NCBI GenBank assembly: GCA_051748045.1
Contig: JBNJGY010000001.1
Span: 64,001 to 128,000 of the forward strand
DNA: 64,000 nt
Source of the DNA: Thermotogota bacterium
Lineage (GTDB): Bacteria > Thermotogota > Thermotogae > Petrotogales > Petrotogaceae
Reading direction: 5' to 3'
Shown piece after piece: positions 1 to 10,528 of this stretch; within the stretch, counting starts at the first letter, position 1; the number at the start of each line of letters is the position of its first letter. The position numbers and the translations under genes are program-made. The notes below the pieces were generated by a model, which was not told the DNA's origin, searched no databases, and saw nothing but the letters and a program-made list of their open reading frames with translations.

Positions 1-153
1 TCCTGATACAACAGCGACTTTATTTTTATCGAGTTGTAGTTTGTTAGCTGCTTCTATAAAAGACTTCATTATAATTCCATTTCCACAGCCTGGGCACCAT
101 ACATGCGACATTCTATCTTTTCTTAGATAGTTAAAATATTTTGCTGATGGCAT
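1..153 (-). CDS. 2-oxoacid:ferredoxin oxidoreductase beta subunit, N-terminal part (runs off the window edge)
   Basis: Manual translation from ATG at 153: MPSAKYFNYLRKDRMSHVWCPGCGNGIIMKSF...VAVVSG. WCPGCG is the OFOR beta-subunit motif; GGAGGTG RBS upstream. Confidence 0.9.
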   Translation of the reverse strand, partial: MPSAKYFNYLRKDRMSHVWCPGCGNGIIMKSFIEAANKLQLDKNKVAVVSG

Positions 154-181
154 TAACTGCACCTCCGTAATTTATTGAAAG

Positions 182-688
182 TTATTCCATAATTGAAGTT
201 TCAATCTGAGATTTTTCAAAAAACAATTTAGTAAGTGAATCTGGATAAGGATTTCTGTAGATGACTTTTTTTATCCCAGCATTTATAACTAATCTAGCAC
301 AAACAGAACAGGGTTGATGCGTTACGTAAATAGAAGAATTTTCAGTTCTAATACCAAATCTTGCTGCTTGCATTAGAGCATTCTGTTCAGCATGTAAACC
401 ATAACACACTTCTTGGTGTTCACCACTTAAAATTTCTAAGTCATCTCTGATACATCCTATTTCATCGCAATGAGGAAATCCACTGGGAGGTTGGTTGTAT
501 CCTGTCGCTAAAATTCTTTTATCTTTTACAATAATTGCACCAACTTTTCTATGAGTACAAGAAGATCTTTGACTTACTAAAAAAGCAACTTCCATAAAAT
601 ATTCATCCCAAGTTTGATGTTTATCTTGGTTAATTTTATTTATTTTTAATTCTTTTATATGGTTTTTTACTCTATCAGACATTTTCAT
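182..688 (-). CDS. dCMP deaminase (ComEB family)
   Basis: WDEYFM, RSSC, HAEQNA and PCSVC zinc-deaminase motifs. Confidence 0.9.
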   Translation of the reverse strand: MKMSDRVKNHIKELKINKINQDKHQTWDEYFMEVAFLVSQRSSCTHRKVGAIIVKDKRILATGYNQPPSGFPHCDEIGCIRDDLEILSGEHQEVCYGLHAEQNALMQAARFGIRTENSSIYVTHQPCSVCARLVINAGIKKVIYRNPYPDSLTKLFFEKSQIETSIME

Positions 689-1824
689 GGCAATTCATCC
701 CCCATTTCCAATATTTTTTCAAATGCTCTTGAAGAATAATCTATCCCTTTTTTACTAAGTCTTATATTTTCTTTTATTTCAAAATATTCATTATTTTTTA
801 AAAAATAATATATTTTTTCAAAATATTCTGGATAATCATTTTTAATTTTTTTAATAGGGATTCCTTTCATTAATCTCAAACCCATGAAAAAAGTCTCAAT
901 TAAATTTTCTTTATAACTGTTTATTTTATAGTATTCATAAGGCTTTTCACTATTTTTTATTTTTTTTATGTAGTATGAAAAATTTTTCGTGTTTACATAT
1001 CTAGTACTATTATAATACCCACCAGCTGAAACACCAAACCCGATATACTCCGAATTTTCCCAATAAATCTTATTATGAAGCGACTCTTTGTCAAAAATTG
1101 CCCAGCTCGAAATCTCATAACGTTTGTACTCATTTTTCTCAAAGTAATCATATATTAAATCAGCATATTCTTCAACCCTTTCTTGATTTGGCATAACAAT
1201 TTTCTTATTATTTATCATTCTATTCAAAACAGATTCATGATTATTATCGTATATGTAATACGATACATGGGGTGGTTTATATTTTGTTATAAATTTCAAA
1301 TTTTCTATAACTGTTGATTTTGTTTCTCCAGGTAGACCAAGTATAAAATCAATATTATAATTCTCAAAATACTTTTCTACACACTCAACAGCACTTAGTA
1401 AAGTTTTTTTATCATTATTTCTGTTAACTGTTTTAAGAATATTATCATTTGTATTCTGAACACCTAAAGATATTCTATTTATACCTAATAATTTATATTT
1501 TTTAAGCAGATTTTCTTCAACATTTTCTGGGTTCATTTCTATTGTAAATTCTTCTAAATTGGAAATATCATAATTAAATGATATTTTTTTTATTATTTTT
1601 TCTATATATCTAAAATCTACATAACTAGGTGTTCCGCCTCCAATATATATTGTCTTGATCTTATTATCATGCATATCATATAAATCTATTTCTTTATTTA
1701 AAGCTTCAAAATAGTTCTCAATTATCGTATTGTTCTTTGTAATTATTGAGGAATAATCACAATAAAAACATTTGTTAGAACAAAAAGGAATATGAATATA
1801 AATTCCAATATTTTTAGAACTCAA
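685..1824 (-). CDS. hemW: Radical SAM heme chaperone HemW (HemN-like)
   Basis: YIHIPFCxxxCxYC, GGGTPS, RISLGVQ, YEISS and HNxxYW motifs; probable TTG start at 1824 behind GGAGGT (ORF track extends to 1848). Confidence 0.85.
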   Translation of the reverse strand: MSSKNIGIYIHIPFCSNKCFYCDYSSIITKNNTIIENYFEALNKEIDLYDMHDNKIKTIYIGGGTPSYVDFRYIEKIIKKISFNYDISNLEEFTIEMNPENVEENLLKKYKLLGINRISLGVQNTNDNILKTVNRNNDKKTLLSAVECVEKYFENYNIDFILGLPGETKSTVIENLKFITKYKPPHVSYYIYDNNHESVLNRMINNKKIVMPNQERVEEYADLIYDYFEKNEYKRYEISSWAIFDKESLHNKIYWENSEYIGFGVSAGGYYNSTRYVNTKNFSYYIKKIKNSEKPYEYYKINSYKENLIETFFMGLRLMKGIPIKKIKNDYPEYFEKIYYFLKNNEYFEIKENIRLSKKGIDYSSRAFEKILEMGDELP

Positions 1825-2617
1825 AGAAAATACCTCCAGAGTCTTCATCCATCATAAAGATCATAGGTATGTTTAAATTTTTATTAACTAAATATATTTC
1901 ATATCCAAAATCATTTTTCAGTTCTGCTTTTAAGCCAATAAGTAAATCTTGATCAAATAAAGATAAAGGAAAATCTGTAAAAAATATCGGGAAAAAACCA
2001 TCTTCATATGATATCCCAATACCCATTCCTTCGTTATTGTATTTATCAAAATTAACTATTTTCAATGATAAACTATAATCATCAGAAATATCTATCCTCA
2101 TTGGTATTTTAAACCACCTTTGTAGTTGTACATTTAATTTCATAAAATTATTAGTATCATTATTGACTCCAAAAGCAGCGCCTTTAACATATGTTGGAAT
2201 AAAAAATTCATAGAGATTATAATTTAGTTTGCTATAACCTCCTGTAAATACTTCTGTTCTTGAAAATTTTAATGTATTTAATACCCCAAATAATGAATCT
2301 TTTTTTCTTTCTTCATACCCCATTCCAAATTGAGAATTGTTTAATGGTATATTTATAAAAAAATCAAAATATCTAAAGCCTTTTTTTACTTTTATTGTTC
2401 TACCAAATATTTTATTTTCTGTATATAATAAATCATTATCAAAAATATTTATTTGAAATTTATATAAACTTTCTGTTGTTTTATTATAGTCAAATTGAAT
2501 AGCAGGGCTTAAAGTTAAAGATGCGTCTTCTGTTACATCATCTTTTATATTGAAAATAATCTGAGCATTAAGTACTAAAGACATAATCAATAAAATAAAG
2601 ACTAATGATTTTTTCAT
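1814..2617 (-). CDS. Exported hypothetical protein, possible outer-membrane beta-barrel
   Basis: MKK-hydrophobic-LNA signal peptide from ATG 2617 (GGAGTG RBS); aromatic-rich; C-terminus GGIFFEF. Confidence 0.55.
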   Translation of the reverse strand: MKKSLVFILLIMSLVLNAQIIFNIKDDVTEDASLTLSPAIQFDYNKTTESLYKFQINIFDNDLLYTENKIFGRTIKVKKGFRYFDFFINIPLNNSQFGMGYEERKKDSLFGVLNTLKFSRTEVFTGGYSKLNYNLYEFFIPTYVKGAAFGVNNDTNNFMKLNVQLQRWFKIPMRIDISDDYSLSLKIVNFDKYNNEGMGIGISYEDGFFPIFFTDFPLSLFDQDLLIGLKAELKNDFGYEIYLVNKNLNIPMIFMMDEDSGGIFFEF

Positions 2618-2648
2618 ATTTATCACTCCGTTCATAGTTTTATAAGTT

Positions 2649-2672
2649 AAAACCGGGTTTCATACCCGGCTT
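2649..2672 (-). terminator. Hairpin or possible intrinsic terminator after gatB
   Basis: CCGGG-N7-CCCGG stem followed by a short T-run on the minus strand. Confidence 0.5.
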
Positions 2673-4099
2673 TATTCATTTAAAAGTTTCGCAAATATTT
2701 TATTTACTTTAGCTGGATTTGCTTTACCTTTTGTTTTTTTCATTACTTGACCAACAAAAAAACCTAACAAATTTGTTTTTCCATTTTTATATTTTTCCAC
2801 ATTTTGTTGATTATTATCAAGTATTTCTCTTGCCATTTCTTCAAGCATTTCATCATCATCTATTTGCTCAAGTCCCTTTTCTTTTACAATATCTTCTGGA
2901 TCTTTTCCATCATATACTTCTTCAAAAATATCTTTTGCTATTTTTGTAGATATTTTTCCATCATTTATTAAATTGTATAATTTTTTGAAATATTCAGGAG
3001 TTAGTTTTAAATCTTCTACTTCATCTTCTCTTTCTTTCATTATCCTAGTCATATCACCCATGAACCAATTACTTAAAAATTTACCATCTGATACCAATTC
3101 TGCACATTTTTCATAAAAATCTGCCATATCTTTTGATGAAGCCAATACTCCAGCATCGTATTCTGGTATCCCATATTGTTTTACAAATCTTTCTTGTTTT
3201 TCTTCTGGCAATTCAGGAAGATCTTTTTTTACTTTTTCTATAAACTCATCATCTATTTCTAATATTGGTAAATCAGGTTCTGGGAAATATCTATAATCTG
3301 CTTCTTCTTCTTTTGTTCTCATTGAAAAAGTTTTCTTATTATTTGCATCCCACCTTCTAGTTTCTTGAACCATTGGTTCTTTGTTTTCCATAATTTCAAC
3401 TAATCTTTCTCTTTCATATTCGAGAGCTTTTTCAACAAATTTGAAAGAATTGATGTTTTTTACTTCTACTCTTTTACTAGAATCACCTGTTTCTTCGTTT
3501 ACCACGGATATATTTGCATCACATCTCAAAGCACCCTTTTCCATATCACCACTTGAAATATTAGCATATCTAAGAATATTTCTAAGTCTTTCCATAAATT
3601 CTCTTGCTTCCGCTGCAGACTTTATATCAGGTTCTGTAACTATCTCAATAAGTGGAATACCTGCTCTATTATAGTCTATTAAGCTCTCTTTTGAAGAAGA
3701 AATTTCCTCTCCTTCATGTATCATTTTAGCAGTATCTTCTTCCATATGAATTCTATTTATTCTTATTTTATTATTATTTACTTCAATAAATGCATCTTCT
3801 ATTATTGGTGTGAAATACTGAGTGATTTGATATCCTTTTGGGAGGTCTGGGTAAAAATAATTTTTTCTGTCAAATTTTGATATCTTATTTATTTTTCCAT
3901 TTAATGCAATACCAGCCATCACAGCTAATTTAACAGCATTTTCATTTAAAACCGGTAGCGCTCCAGGTTGCCCTGAACATACTGGACATATGTTTTTATT
4001 TATTTCATTTTCAAAATGATCAGCTGAACAATTACAAAAAGCTTTTGTATCGGTCAATAATTGTGTGTGAATCTCTAGTCCTATTACTGTTCTATACAT
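2672..4099 (-). CDS. gatB: Asp/Glu-tRNA(Asn/Gln) amidotransferase subunit B
   Basis: IGLEIH, FDRKNYFYPDLPKGYQITQ, DYNRAGIPLIEIVTEP, YRYFPEPDLP. Confidence 0.98.
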   Translation of the reverse strand: MYRTVIGLEIHTQLLTDTKAFCNCSADHFENEINKNICPVCSGQPGALPVLNENAVKLAVMAGIALNGKINKISKFDRKNYFYPDLPKGYQITQYFTPIIEDAFIEVNNNKIRINRIHMEEDTAKMIHEGEEISSSKESLIDYNRAGIPLIEIVTEPDIKSAAEAREFMERLRNILRYANISSGDMEKGALRCDANISVVNEETGDSSKRVEVKNINSFKFVEKALEYERERLVEIMENKEPMVQETRRWDANNKKTFSMRTKEEEADYRYFPEPDLPILEIDDEFIEKVKKDLPELPEEKQERFVKQYGIPEYDAGVLASSKDMADFYEKCAELVSDGKFLSNWFMGDMTRIMKEREDEVEDLKLTPEYFKKLYNLINDGKISTKIAKDIFEEVYDGKDPEDIVKEKGLEQIDDDEMLEEMAREILDNNQQNVEKYKNGKTNLLGFFVGQVMKKTKGKANPAKVNKIFAKLLNE

Positions 4100-4101
4100 T
4101 A

Positions 4102-5454
4102 TTATTTCACCTCTCCTTGGATTTCTTTTTCAAAGGCATTAGCAATTGCAAGAATTTTATCATCATCATATCTTTTCCCAATAAATTGAAATCCAAAAGG
4201 TAAATCATCTATATTTCCAGCAGGTACGCTAATTGCAGGCAACCCAGCTAAATTTGCAGGAATAGTGAACATATCCATCATATAATAATCTAAAGGTGTT
4301 AATTTTTCAGTGAATTTTGGTGGTAAAACCGGAGCTGTCGGCAAAATAAAAGAATCATATTTTTCTAAGAAATTATCCATTTTAGTTTCGATTATTTTTC
4401 TAACTTTAGAAGCCTTTGAAAAATATTCATCGTAATATGCAGACGATAGATTGAATGTCCCCATCATTATTCTTCTTTTTACTTCTATACCAAAACCATT
4501 ATCTCTTGTTTTTTGATATGTTTCAGTTAACCCTTCTGCTTCTGTTCTTGAACCATATCTAGCTCCATCAAATCTTGATAAATTTGATGAGGCTTCTGAT
4601 GTAGCTACTATATAATATACAGATACAGAATACTCTAATTCTTCAAGATTAACAAGATCCACTTGAGCACCCTTAGATTTAAGAATGTCTACTATATTAT
4701 TAAAATGTTCTGTTATCTTTTTATCAGCATTTTCATTATAGACAATTTTTGGTATTGCAAATTTTTTCCCTTTGATACTTTCTGAATTTATATTTTTTGT
4801 AAGACTCTTTTTATAATCTATTGTTGTTGAATCATTTTCATCTTTACCCTTCATCAATTCTGTTATCAATGCTGTATCTTCTATATTTTCACTAAAGACC
4901 CCAATTTGATCTAATGAAGATGCAAAAGCTGTTAATCCAAACCTAGATAATATCCCATAAGAAGGTTTATATCCTACTACCCCACAAAAAGAAGCAGGTT
5001 GTCTAACTGATCCCCCAGTATCAGAGCCCAATGAAAAAGGAACCATCCCCGCAGCAACAGAAGCTGCGGATCCACCAGAACTTCCTCCTGGAACCCTTTC
5101 AGTATCTACCGGGTTTTTAACAGGTCCAAATGCAGAATATTCATTTGAGCTACCCATAGCAAATTCATCAAGATTTGTTTTCCCTATAATAGAAAACCCT
5201 TTATCGAGAAGCCTTTTTATCACTGTTGCGGTATATACTGAGTTATAATCTTTCAATATTTTTGATGCACAAGTAGTTTTAGTACCCTCTACATTCATAT
5301 TATCTTTAACAGCAAAGGGAATTCCATAAAATTCACCTTCTTTTTTACCCTCTATAAAATCATTACTTATAAAAGCATTTAGATCCTTATTTTTTTCTTC
5401 TAAAATCTTTTGATATTTTTCTATATTATTAGAACCTTTTAACTCATTAATCAT
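4102..5454 (-). CDS. gatA: Asp/Glu-tRNA amidotransferase subunit A
   Basis: Amidase signature GKTNLDEFAMGSS, PGGSSGGSAA, GSDTGGSVRQPA, SNLSRFDG; adjacent to gatB. Confidence 0.97.
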   Translation of the reverse strand: MINELKGSNNIEKYQKILEEKNKDLNAFISNDFIEGKKEGEFYGIPFAVKDNMNVEGTKTTCASKILKDYNSVYTATVIKRLLDKGFSIIGKTNLDEFAMGSSNEYSAFGPVKNPVDTERVPGGSSGGSAASVAAGMVPFSLGSDTGGSVRQPASFCGVVGYKPSYGILSRFGLTAFASSLDQIGVFSENIEDTALITELMKGKDENDSTTIDYKKSLTKNINSESIKGKKFAIPKIVYNENADKKITEHFNNIVDILKSKGAQVDLVNLEELEYSVSVYYIVATSEASSNLSRFDGARYGSRTEAEGLTETYQKTRDNGFGIEVKRRIMMGTFNLSSAYYDEYFSKASKVRKIIETKMDNFLEKYDSFILPTAPVLPPKFTEKLTPLDYYMMDMFTIPANLAGLPAISVPAGNIDDLPFGFQFIGKRYDDDKILAIANAFEKEIQGEVK

Positions 5455-5456
5455 TT

Positions 5457-6320
5457 CTATTTCCCCTTCCCTTCGATTATTTCATCTATATCTTTTTCAT
5501 CAATTGTATATTTTTTAGAGCACCATTCACATTTAACTTCAACTTTTCCTTCTTTTTTCATATCTTCTAAATCTTCAATATCAAAATTTACCATTGAATT
5601 TTTTACTTTTGTATAATTACAATCGCATTTATACTGTGCTGTTTTTTCTTCTATATAATCTGCTTCTCCGAAAATATTAATTATATCTCTGATATCATTT
5701 TCTTCATCTAAATAATTAGAGATTGAAGGTAAGCTCATAAATCTCTTTTCAAAATTTATCAATTCTTCTTCTGACATAGATTGATCTAAAACTTGAAGCA
5801 TTACCCCTCCAGATGCTCTCACGCCATCTTTATCCAGTAATACCCCCAATGACACAGCGGAGGGTATTTGTTCAGCTTGGTTCATATAATAAGCTATATC
5901 TTCAGCTATTTCTCCAGAAATTATTTCGACATTTGAAGTAACTGGAGACTTTAATTCCATATCCCTAATTACATGTAGTTCTCCTTTTCCTATTGCTTTT
6001 TGAACATCAAAATGACCATTTTCTTTTATCATTGATTCTATTTTTTTGTTTTTTATATAAGCTTTCACATTTAATTTATTATCAGCTCTAGCAACAATTT
6101 CACCTGCAGGCCCTTCTCCTTCAAAAAATATAGAGACTTTTTCTTTTTCGCTCATCCAATTACCAAGTAAAACAGATGCAGTAGCCACTCTCCCTATGAT
6201 CACAGTAGACATAGGATATAAATCATGTATTTTTTGTATATGAGCTGTCATTTCAGTTGAATCAATTGCTACAACTCTAACTCTATTATTTGCAAAACCA
6301 GCTTGAATTACTCTATTCAC
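5457..6320 (-). CDS. hslO: Hsp33 redox-regulated chaperone
   Basis: SGEIAEDIAYY, EQIPSAVSLGV and C-terminal CxC...CxxC (CDC, CEWC). Confidence 0.93.
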   Translation of the reverse strand: MNRVIQAGFANNRVRVVAIDSTEMTAHIQKIHDLYPMSTVIIGRVATASVLLGNWMSEKEKVSIFFEGEGPAGEIVARADNKLNVKAYIKNKKIESMIKENGHFDVQKAIGKGELHVIRDMELKSPVTSNVEIISGEIAEDIAYYMNQAEQIPSAVSLGVLLDKDGVRASGGVMLQVLDQSMSEEELINFEKRFMSLPSISNYLDEENDIRDIINIFGEADYIEEKTAQYKCDCNYTKVKNSMVNFDIEDLEDMKKEGKVEVKCEWCSKKYTIDEKDIDEIIEGKGK

Positions 6321-6321
6321 T

Positions 6322-7818
6322 TTACCACCTCGTTGTGACCTTTGTCCCTTTATTTCCAGGGATTAATTTATACTTTTTCAATATTTCTCTTTTATCTTCT
6401 TTCATATATATTCTAACTATTTGAAGTAAATTACTTTGAATAAATTTATAAGCAGGATATTTTGTATACACTTCCTCAAAATCTAATATTTCATTTGACA
6501 AATCTTTGATAAAAACATCAGACGAGAGAAACTCATCAGGGTGTACCAAAGATAATTTATAAGGTGTATCTATTTTAAAAATCTCATCAAAATTTTCTGT
6601 AATATAATATAGTTGTTCTTTATCAATTTTATCAATTTCTGTATTTAAAATATTCTTTATGTTTTTCTTTAAATTATTCAAAAAGTCTTGAGCAACAGAG
6701 ATACTAACAACTGAAGGATCTACTCCTGTTGTGGAAAACGGAAGCTCTTTTATCATTTTCCAAAGATCTCTTTTTCTCAATTTCTCAATCATTTTATGAG
6801 CATACTCCAGTTTTTCTATATTTTGCATTGATTCAGTCTTTAGACTAAACCTCGCATTCTTACCATATATAGAGTCATAAAGAACTTCTAATTCATCTAC
6901 TATTCTTTGATCAGTCAACTTTGAAAATTCATCTAAATCTTCAACTCTACTTGGGAGATCTAATATGTCATAAGCTGATTTTAATACTTCTTGTAGCATT
7001 TGATCCGCAGCTCTAGATGTTTTATGAAAATAAACATTTTTATACATCATAAATCTTGCGAATAAAGATGTATAAATGTCGTCTATAACTTTTATCGAAT
7101 AACATATCTTGCCATCATCAAATAATTCAGCATTCCTTATAATTCTGTCCACAGCACCTGTACCAAAATGTCTAGTACCAGCAAAATAAGAATCCCTAAG
7201 TACAAAATCCATTCTATCTGCTCCAAGCGGGCCTTGAACTATGTTAAAGTCAATGTCTCCTTTCAATTCACCGCTAAAAACATTTTTTATTTTATTTAAT
7301 AATTCTTTGAAATGTTCATCTAAATTGTTTTCGTCAATTTCTTTGTCTAAAGTCAGAGATAAGTCTTTTAGAATATCTTTTTTGAGCCTTGAATCATTCA
7401 AATTTTTATAAACTTTTATAATTTCATCTATCATTTTTGTTGAAATAATTTTTTCTCTAAACTCATCATGTCCATCTTCGTAACCCATACCCTTATAAAC
7501 AATATCATCAAACTGATGGGAATAAGGCCCATGCCCTATATCATGGACAAAACCTGCTAATCTCAATATTCTAAATTTAGAATGGTTTTCTGGATAGATT
7601 TTTTTTGAATATAATCCAGATATATGCATAACACCTAAAGAATGAGAGAATCTAGTATGTGTAGCACTCGGATAAACATACTCAGCTCCTGCTAATTGAG
7701 ATAAATATCTAAGTCGTTGCATATAGCTTGTATCTGAAAATATTATTTCTAATGGATATAAAAATATTTCAGAATGTACAGGATCTCTTGAAACTTTATA
7801 GTATAACGTTTCTGACAT
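6322..7818 (-). CDS. HD-domain phosphohydrolase (YwfO/dNTP triphosphohydrolase-like)
   Basis: QRLRYLSQL, HTRFSHSLGV, HDIGHGPYSH, DRMDFVLRD, VYFHK. Confidence 0.88.
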   Translation of the reverse strand: MSETLYYKVSRDPVHSEIFLYPLEIIFSDTSYMQRLRYLSQLAGAEYVYPSATHTRFSHSLGVMHISGLYSKKIYPENHSKFRILRLAGFVHDIGHGPYSHQFDDIVYKGMGYEDGHDEFREKIISTKMIDEIIKVYKNLNDSRLKKDILKDLSLTLDKEIDENNLDEHFKELLNKIKNVFSGELKGDIDFNIVQGPLGADRMDFVLRDSYFAGTRHFGTGAVDRIIRNAELFDDGKICYSIKVIDDIYTSLFARFMMYKNVYFHKTSRAADQMLQEVLKSAYDILDLPSRVEDLDEFSKLTDQRIVDELEVLYDSIYGKNARFSLKTESMQNIEKLEYAHKMIEKLRKRDLWKMIKELPFSTTGVDPSVVSISVAQDFLNNLKKNIKNILNTEIDKIDKEQLYYITENFDEIFKIDTPYKLSLVHPDEFLSSDVFIKDLSNEILDFEEVYTKYPAYKFIQSNLLQIVRIYMKEDKREILKKYKLIPGNKGTKVTTRW

Positions 7819-7834
7819 TTTTAATCATCCCCCA

Positions 7835-8506
7835 TTAAAATGAAATTATATCAAATATAACTAAAGCAATAAAACTTGCAGCCCCGACACCTATTAATAA
7901 ATAATAAATGTATTTCCATAGTTTCCAAGAAGATGTTGAAAATCTAATTGGGGTTAACCATCCAAAAGTAAATCCAGCAGCTAAACCTCCTAAATGAGCA
8001 AAGTTATTAATACTTTGAGCGGTAAATCCAAAAATAACATTTATAAGGATTATAGGTAAAAGGGCAGTTCCTGTCATTCCTTGTAAAATTCTTGGAGTAT
8101 CATCTCTAAATCCTGCTCCAAATAAGAGTCCTACTAAACCAAATATAGCACCAGAAGCCCCAACAGAAAAACTTCCTGGTATAATTAAATGTGTCAAAAT
8201 ATTTCCAACTATTCCAGATATCATGAAAACCGAAAAATATTTGTAAGGTCCATATACTTTTTCAACAACATTTCCAAAGTAGAATAAAGCAAACATATTT
8301 AAAAGAATATGGAAAAATCCACCGTGAACGAACATACTTGTTATAAGCCTAATCCATTGACCTTCAGCTACCAAAGGACCATATTGAGCACCAAAAATCA
8401 ATAATATTCTAGGATTATTAAAAGCTGAAAATCCTCCAAAAATAAACATCATTATAAAGATCAAGGCATTTATACCAATAAGATAATTTGTAATTGTTTT
8501 TCGCAT
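7835..8506 (-). CDS. Rhomboid family intramembrane serine protease
   Basis: WRL-like WIRL, HxxxxHxxxN, GASG catalytic motif, AHLGG. Confidence 0.95.
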   Translation of the reverse strand: MRKTITNYLIGINALIFIMMFIFGGFSAFNNPRILLIFGAQYGPLVAEGQWIRLITSMFVHGGFFHILLNMFALFYFGNVVEKVYGPYKYFSVFMISGIVGNILTHLIIPGSFSVGASGAIFGLVGLLFGAGFRDDTPRILQGMTGTALLPIILINVIFGFTAQSINNFAHLGGLAAGFTFGWLTPIRFSTSSWKLWKYIYYLLIGVGAASFIALVIFDIISF

Positions 8507-9456
8507 TATTTCTCCTCCCTTATTTGGAAAATTGCTGCAGAAGCTGCTCCTAATATTCCTGCATTTTCTACTAAGTTTGATTGTTCTATTTTATATGTGT
8601 TTATGAAACTCTTCATGATGTATTTCTTCACCCTTTCTCTCAATGGCTCAAACAAAGTTTTTCCAGCTTTTGACATACCTCCACCAACTACTATCATTTC
8701 TGGATTAAAGATATGTATATAAGCCCCAAAAGCTCTTGCCATTGCATCGATAGTATCTTGCACAACGGTTTTCGCAAGATAATCATTTTCTTCAAAAGCC
8801 ATAAAAACATGTTTAGATTCTATGTCTTCAATTGATTTTGCCATTTGTAAAACTTTTGAATCTGGGTATCTAATTGCTAATTCTTTTGCATGTCTTGCAA
8901 CTGACTTTGCAGATGCTATTGATTCTAAACATCCTCTATTTCCACAACCACAAAGTGGTCCATTAGGGGTTACTACTATATGACCAAGTTCTGCACCAAT
9001 TCCATCATTTCCAGTCATAAATACTCCATGTGTAACCACCCCTGATCCAACCCCTGTTCCCAAAGTTACTGCAACAAAATTTTGCATTCCTTTTGCCTTA
9101 CCAAAATACCATTCACCAAGAGTAAATGAATTGGCATCGTTTTCAACAAACACTTCTTTATTGGTTAGTTTGTTTAATTTTTTTGCTAGCTTAAAATCAT
9201 GCCATTCAGGGAAGTTTGGAGAAAATCTTACAATCCCTTTTTTCCTATCTATAGAGCCAGGTGATCCTATGCCAATAGCATCTATTTTCATTTCAGGATC
9301 AAGTTCTCTTACAGCATCATTTATATTTTCAACTATTTTATCTGGTCCTTTATAAACTTCTGTAGCTCTGTTTGTTTTCTTTAAAAGACCTTCTTTTTCA
9401 TCTACTAAACCAGCTTTTATTTCTGTGCCACCTAAATCAACACCGATTATTTTCAT
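8506..9456 (-). CDS. ROK family sugar kinase (glucokinase)
   Basis: GVDLGGT, ENDAN, GTGVGSG, ELGH, CGCGNRGCLE; no N-terminal HTH. Confidence 0.9.
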   Translation of the reverse strand: MKIIGVDLGGTEIKAGLVDEKEGLLKKTNRATEVYKGPDKIVENINDAVRELDPEMKIDAIGIGSPGSIDRKKGIVRFSPNFPEWHDFKLAKKLNKLTNKEVFVENDANSFTLGEWYFGKAKGMQNFVAVTLGTGVGSGVVTHGVFMTGNDGIGAELGHIVVTPNGPLCGCGNRGCLESIASAKSVARHAKELAIRYPDSKVLQMAKSIEDIESKHVFMAFEENDYLAKTVVQDTIDAMARAFGAYIHIFNPEMIVVGGGMSKAGKTLFEPLRERVKKYIMKSFINTYKIEQSNLVENAGILGAASAAIFQIREEK

Positions 9457-9472
9457 CTATATCACCATCCAA

Positions 9473-9745
9473 TTATTTATTTTTTTTTAAATCTTTTACA
9501 AAAGCTATAATAATAGATATAATTGAGGAAAGAAAGTACAATACAGTTTGGATAAAATATTGAAAAACTAAATCAGATGTTGTATTTTGCATTTTAAAAT
9601 AAAAATATGCCATAAAGGAAAAGCCTATCAATGAAGGAATATATTTAAAAAAAGAAGCGACATCCTCTATTTGTGAAATTTTAAGTGTCGCTATTATAAT
9701 AAAAGATACAACTAATATATTTAATGCCAATATTGCAATTATCAT
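9473..9745 (-). CDS. Small hypothetical membrane protein (3 TM)
   Basis: Three hydrophobic segments; GAGGTG RBS; first gene of the minus-strand run. Confidence 0.65.
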   Translation of the reverse strand: MIIAILALNILVVSFIIIATLKISQIEDVASFFKYIPSLIGFSFMAYFYFKMQNTTSDLVFQYFIQTVLYFLSSIISIIIAFVKDLKKNK

Positions 9746-9834
9746 TTTTTCACCTCAATTGATATAATTATCATATACATTATAATATATTTTTATTAAT
9801 TATAAAAAACTTTTTTTAAAAGGAGGTATTAAGG

Positions 9835-10515
9835 ATGAACATAGGTTTAATAATGTCAGCAGGAAAAGGAAATCGTTCAGGACTAAAATATCCAAAACAA
9901 TTTTATAGAATAAAACATAAATCTATATTAAAAATATCTGTTGAAAAACTTTTTTATCATAAAAATATTGATGAAGTGGTAGTAATTACTAGCGAAGAGT
10001 TTTTCGAAAAAACTGAAGAAGAATTAAAAACCATGGGAGATATAAAAATTGTAAAAGGTGGAGATTCTAGGCAAGAAAGTGTTTTAAACGGTTTGAAATT
10101 TATAAATGAAAATTATTCTAATGTAAATTATGTTTTCATTCATGATTCTGCAAGACCTTTCATCACCGACCACTTGATAGAAGACATCTATAAATGTGCT
10201 AAAAAAAATAATTCAGCAATACCTGTAATAGATTCAAAAGATACTATTTCTTTTGTTGAAAACGGAATTATTGAAAAAATGCTCGATAGAAAAAAAGTAA
10301 AAATACATCAAACGCCTCAAGTTTTTAACTTTGAAAAATTGTATAAAGCATATTCAAATATTGACACTCATTTAAACAGATTTACAGATGATGCATCAAT
10401 ATATTTGAATGAATATGGAAAAGTTTTTACAGTAGAGGGAGATAAGATGAATATAAAATTAACTACTCCAGAGGATTTTGCAATAGGCGAAGTAATAGTA
10501 GACAAAAGAATTTAA
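9835..10515 (+). CDS. ispD: 2-C-methyl-D-erythritol 4-phosphate cytidylyltransferase (IspD/TarI family)
   Basis: AGKGNR, PKQF, GGDSRQES, HDSARP, QTPQ, TDD, NIKLTTPED. Confidence 0.9.
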   Translation: MNIGLIMSAGKGNRSGLKYPKQFYRIKHKSILKISVEKLFYHKNIDEVVVITSEEFFEKTEEELKTMGDIKIVKGGDSRQESVLNGLKFINENYSNVNYVFIHDSARPFITDHLIEDIYKCAKKNNSAIPVIDSKDTISFVENGIIEKMLDRKKVKIHQTPQVFNFEKLYKAYSNIDTHLNRFTDDASIYLNEYGKVFTVEGDKMNIKLTTPEDFAIGEVIVDKRI

Positions 10516-10528
10516 AGGGAGATTTTTT

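Noticed and set aside
2672-5454. gatC missing next to gatAB
   Set aside because: gatC is often unlinked and may lie outside the window; not evidence of loss
6322-7818. HD protein as an anti-phage dGTPase
   Set aside because: It sits in a tightly coupled housekeeping operon and matches the common YwfO-like pattern; no defence context
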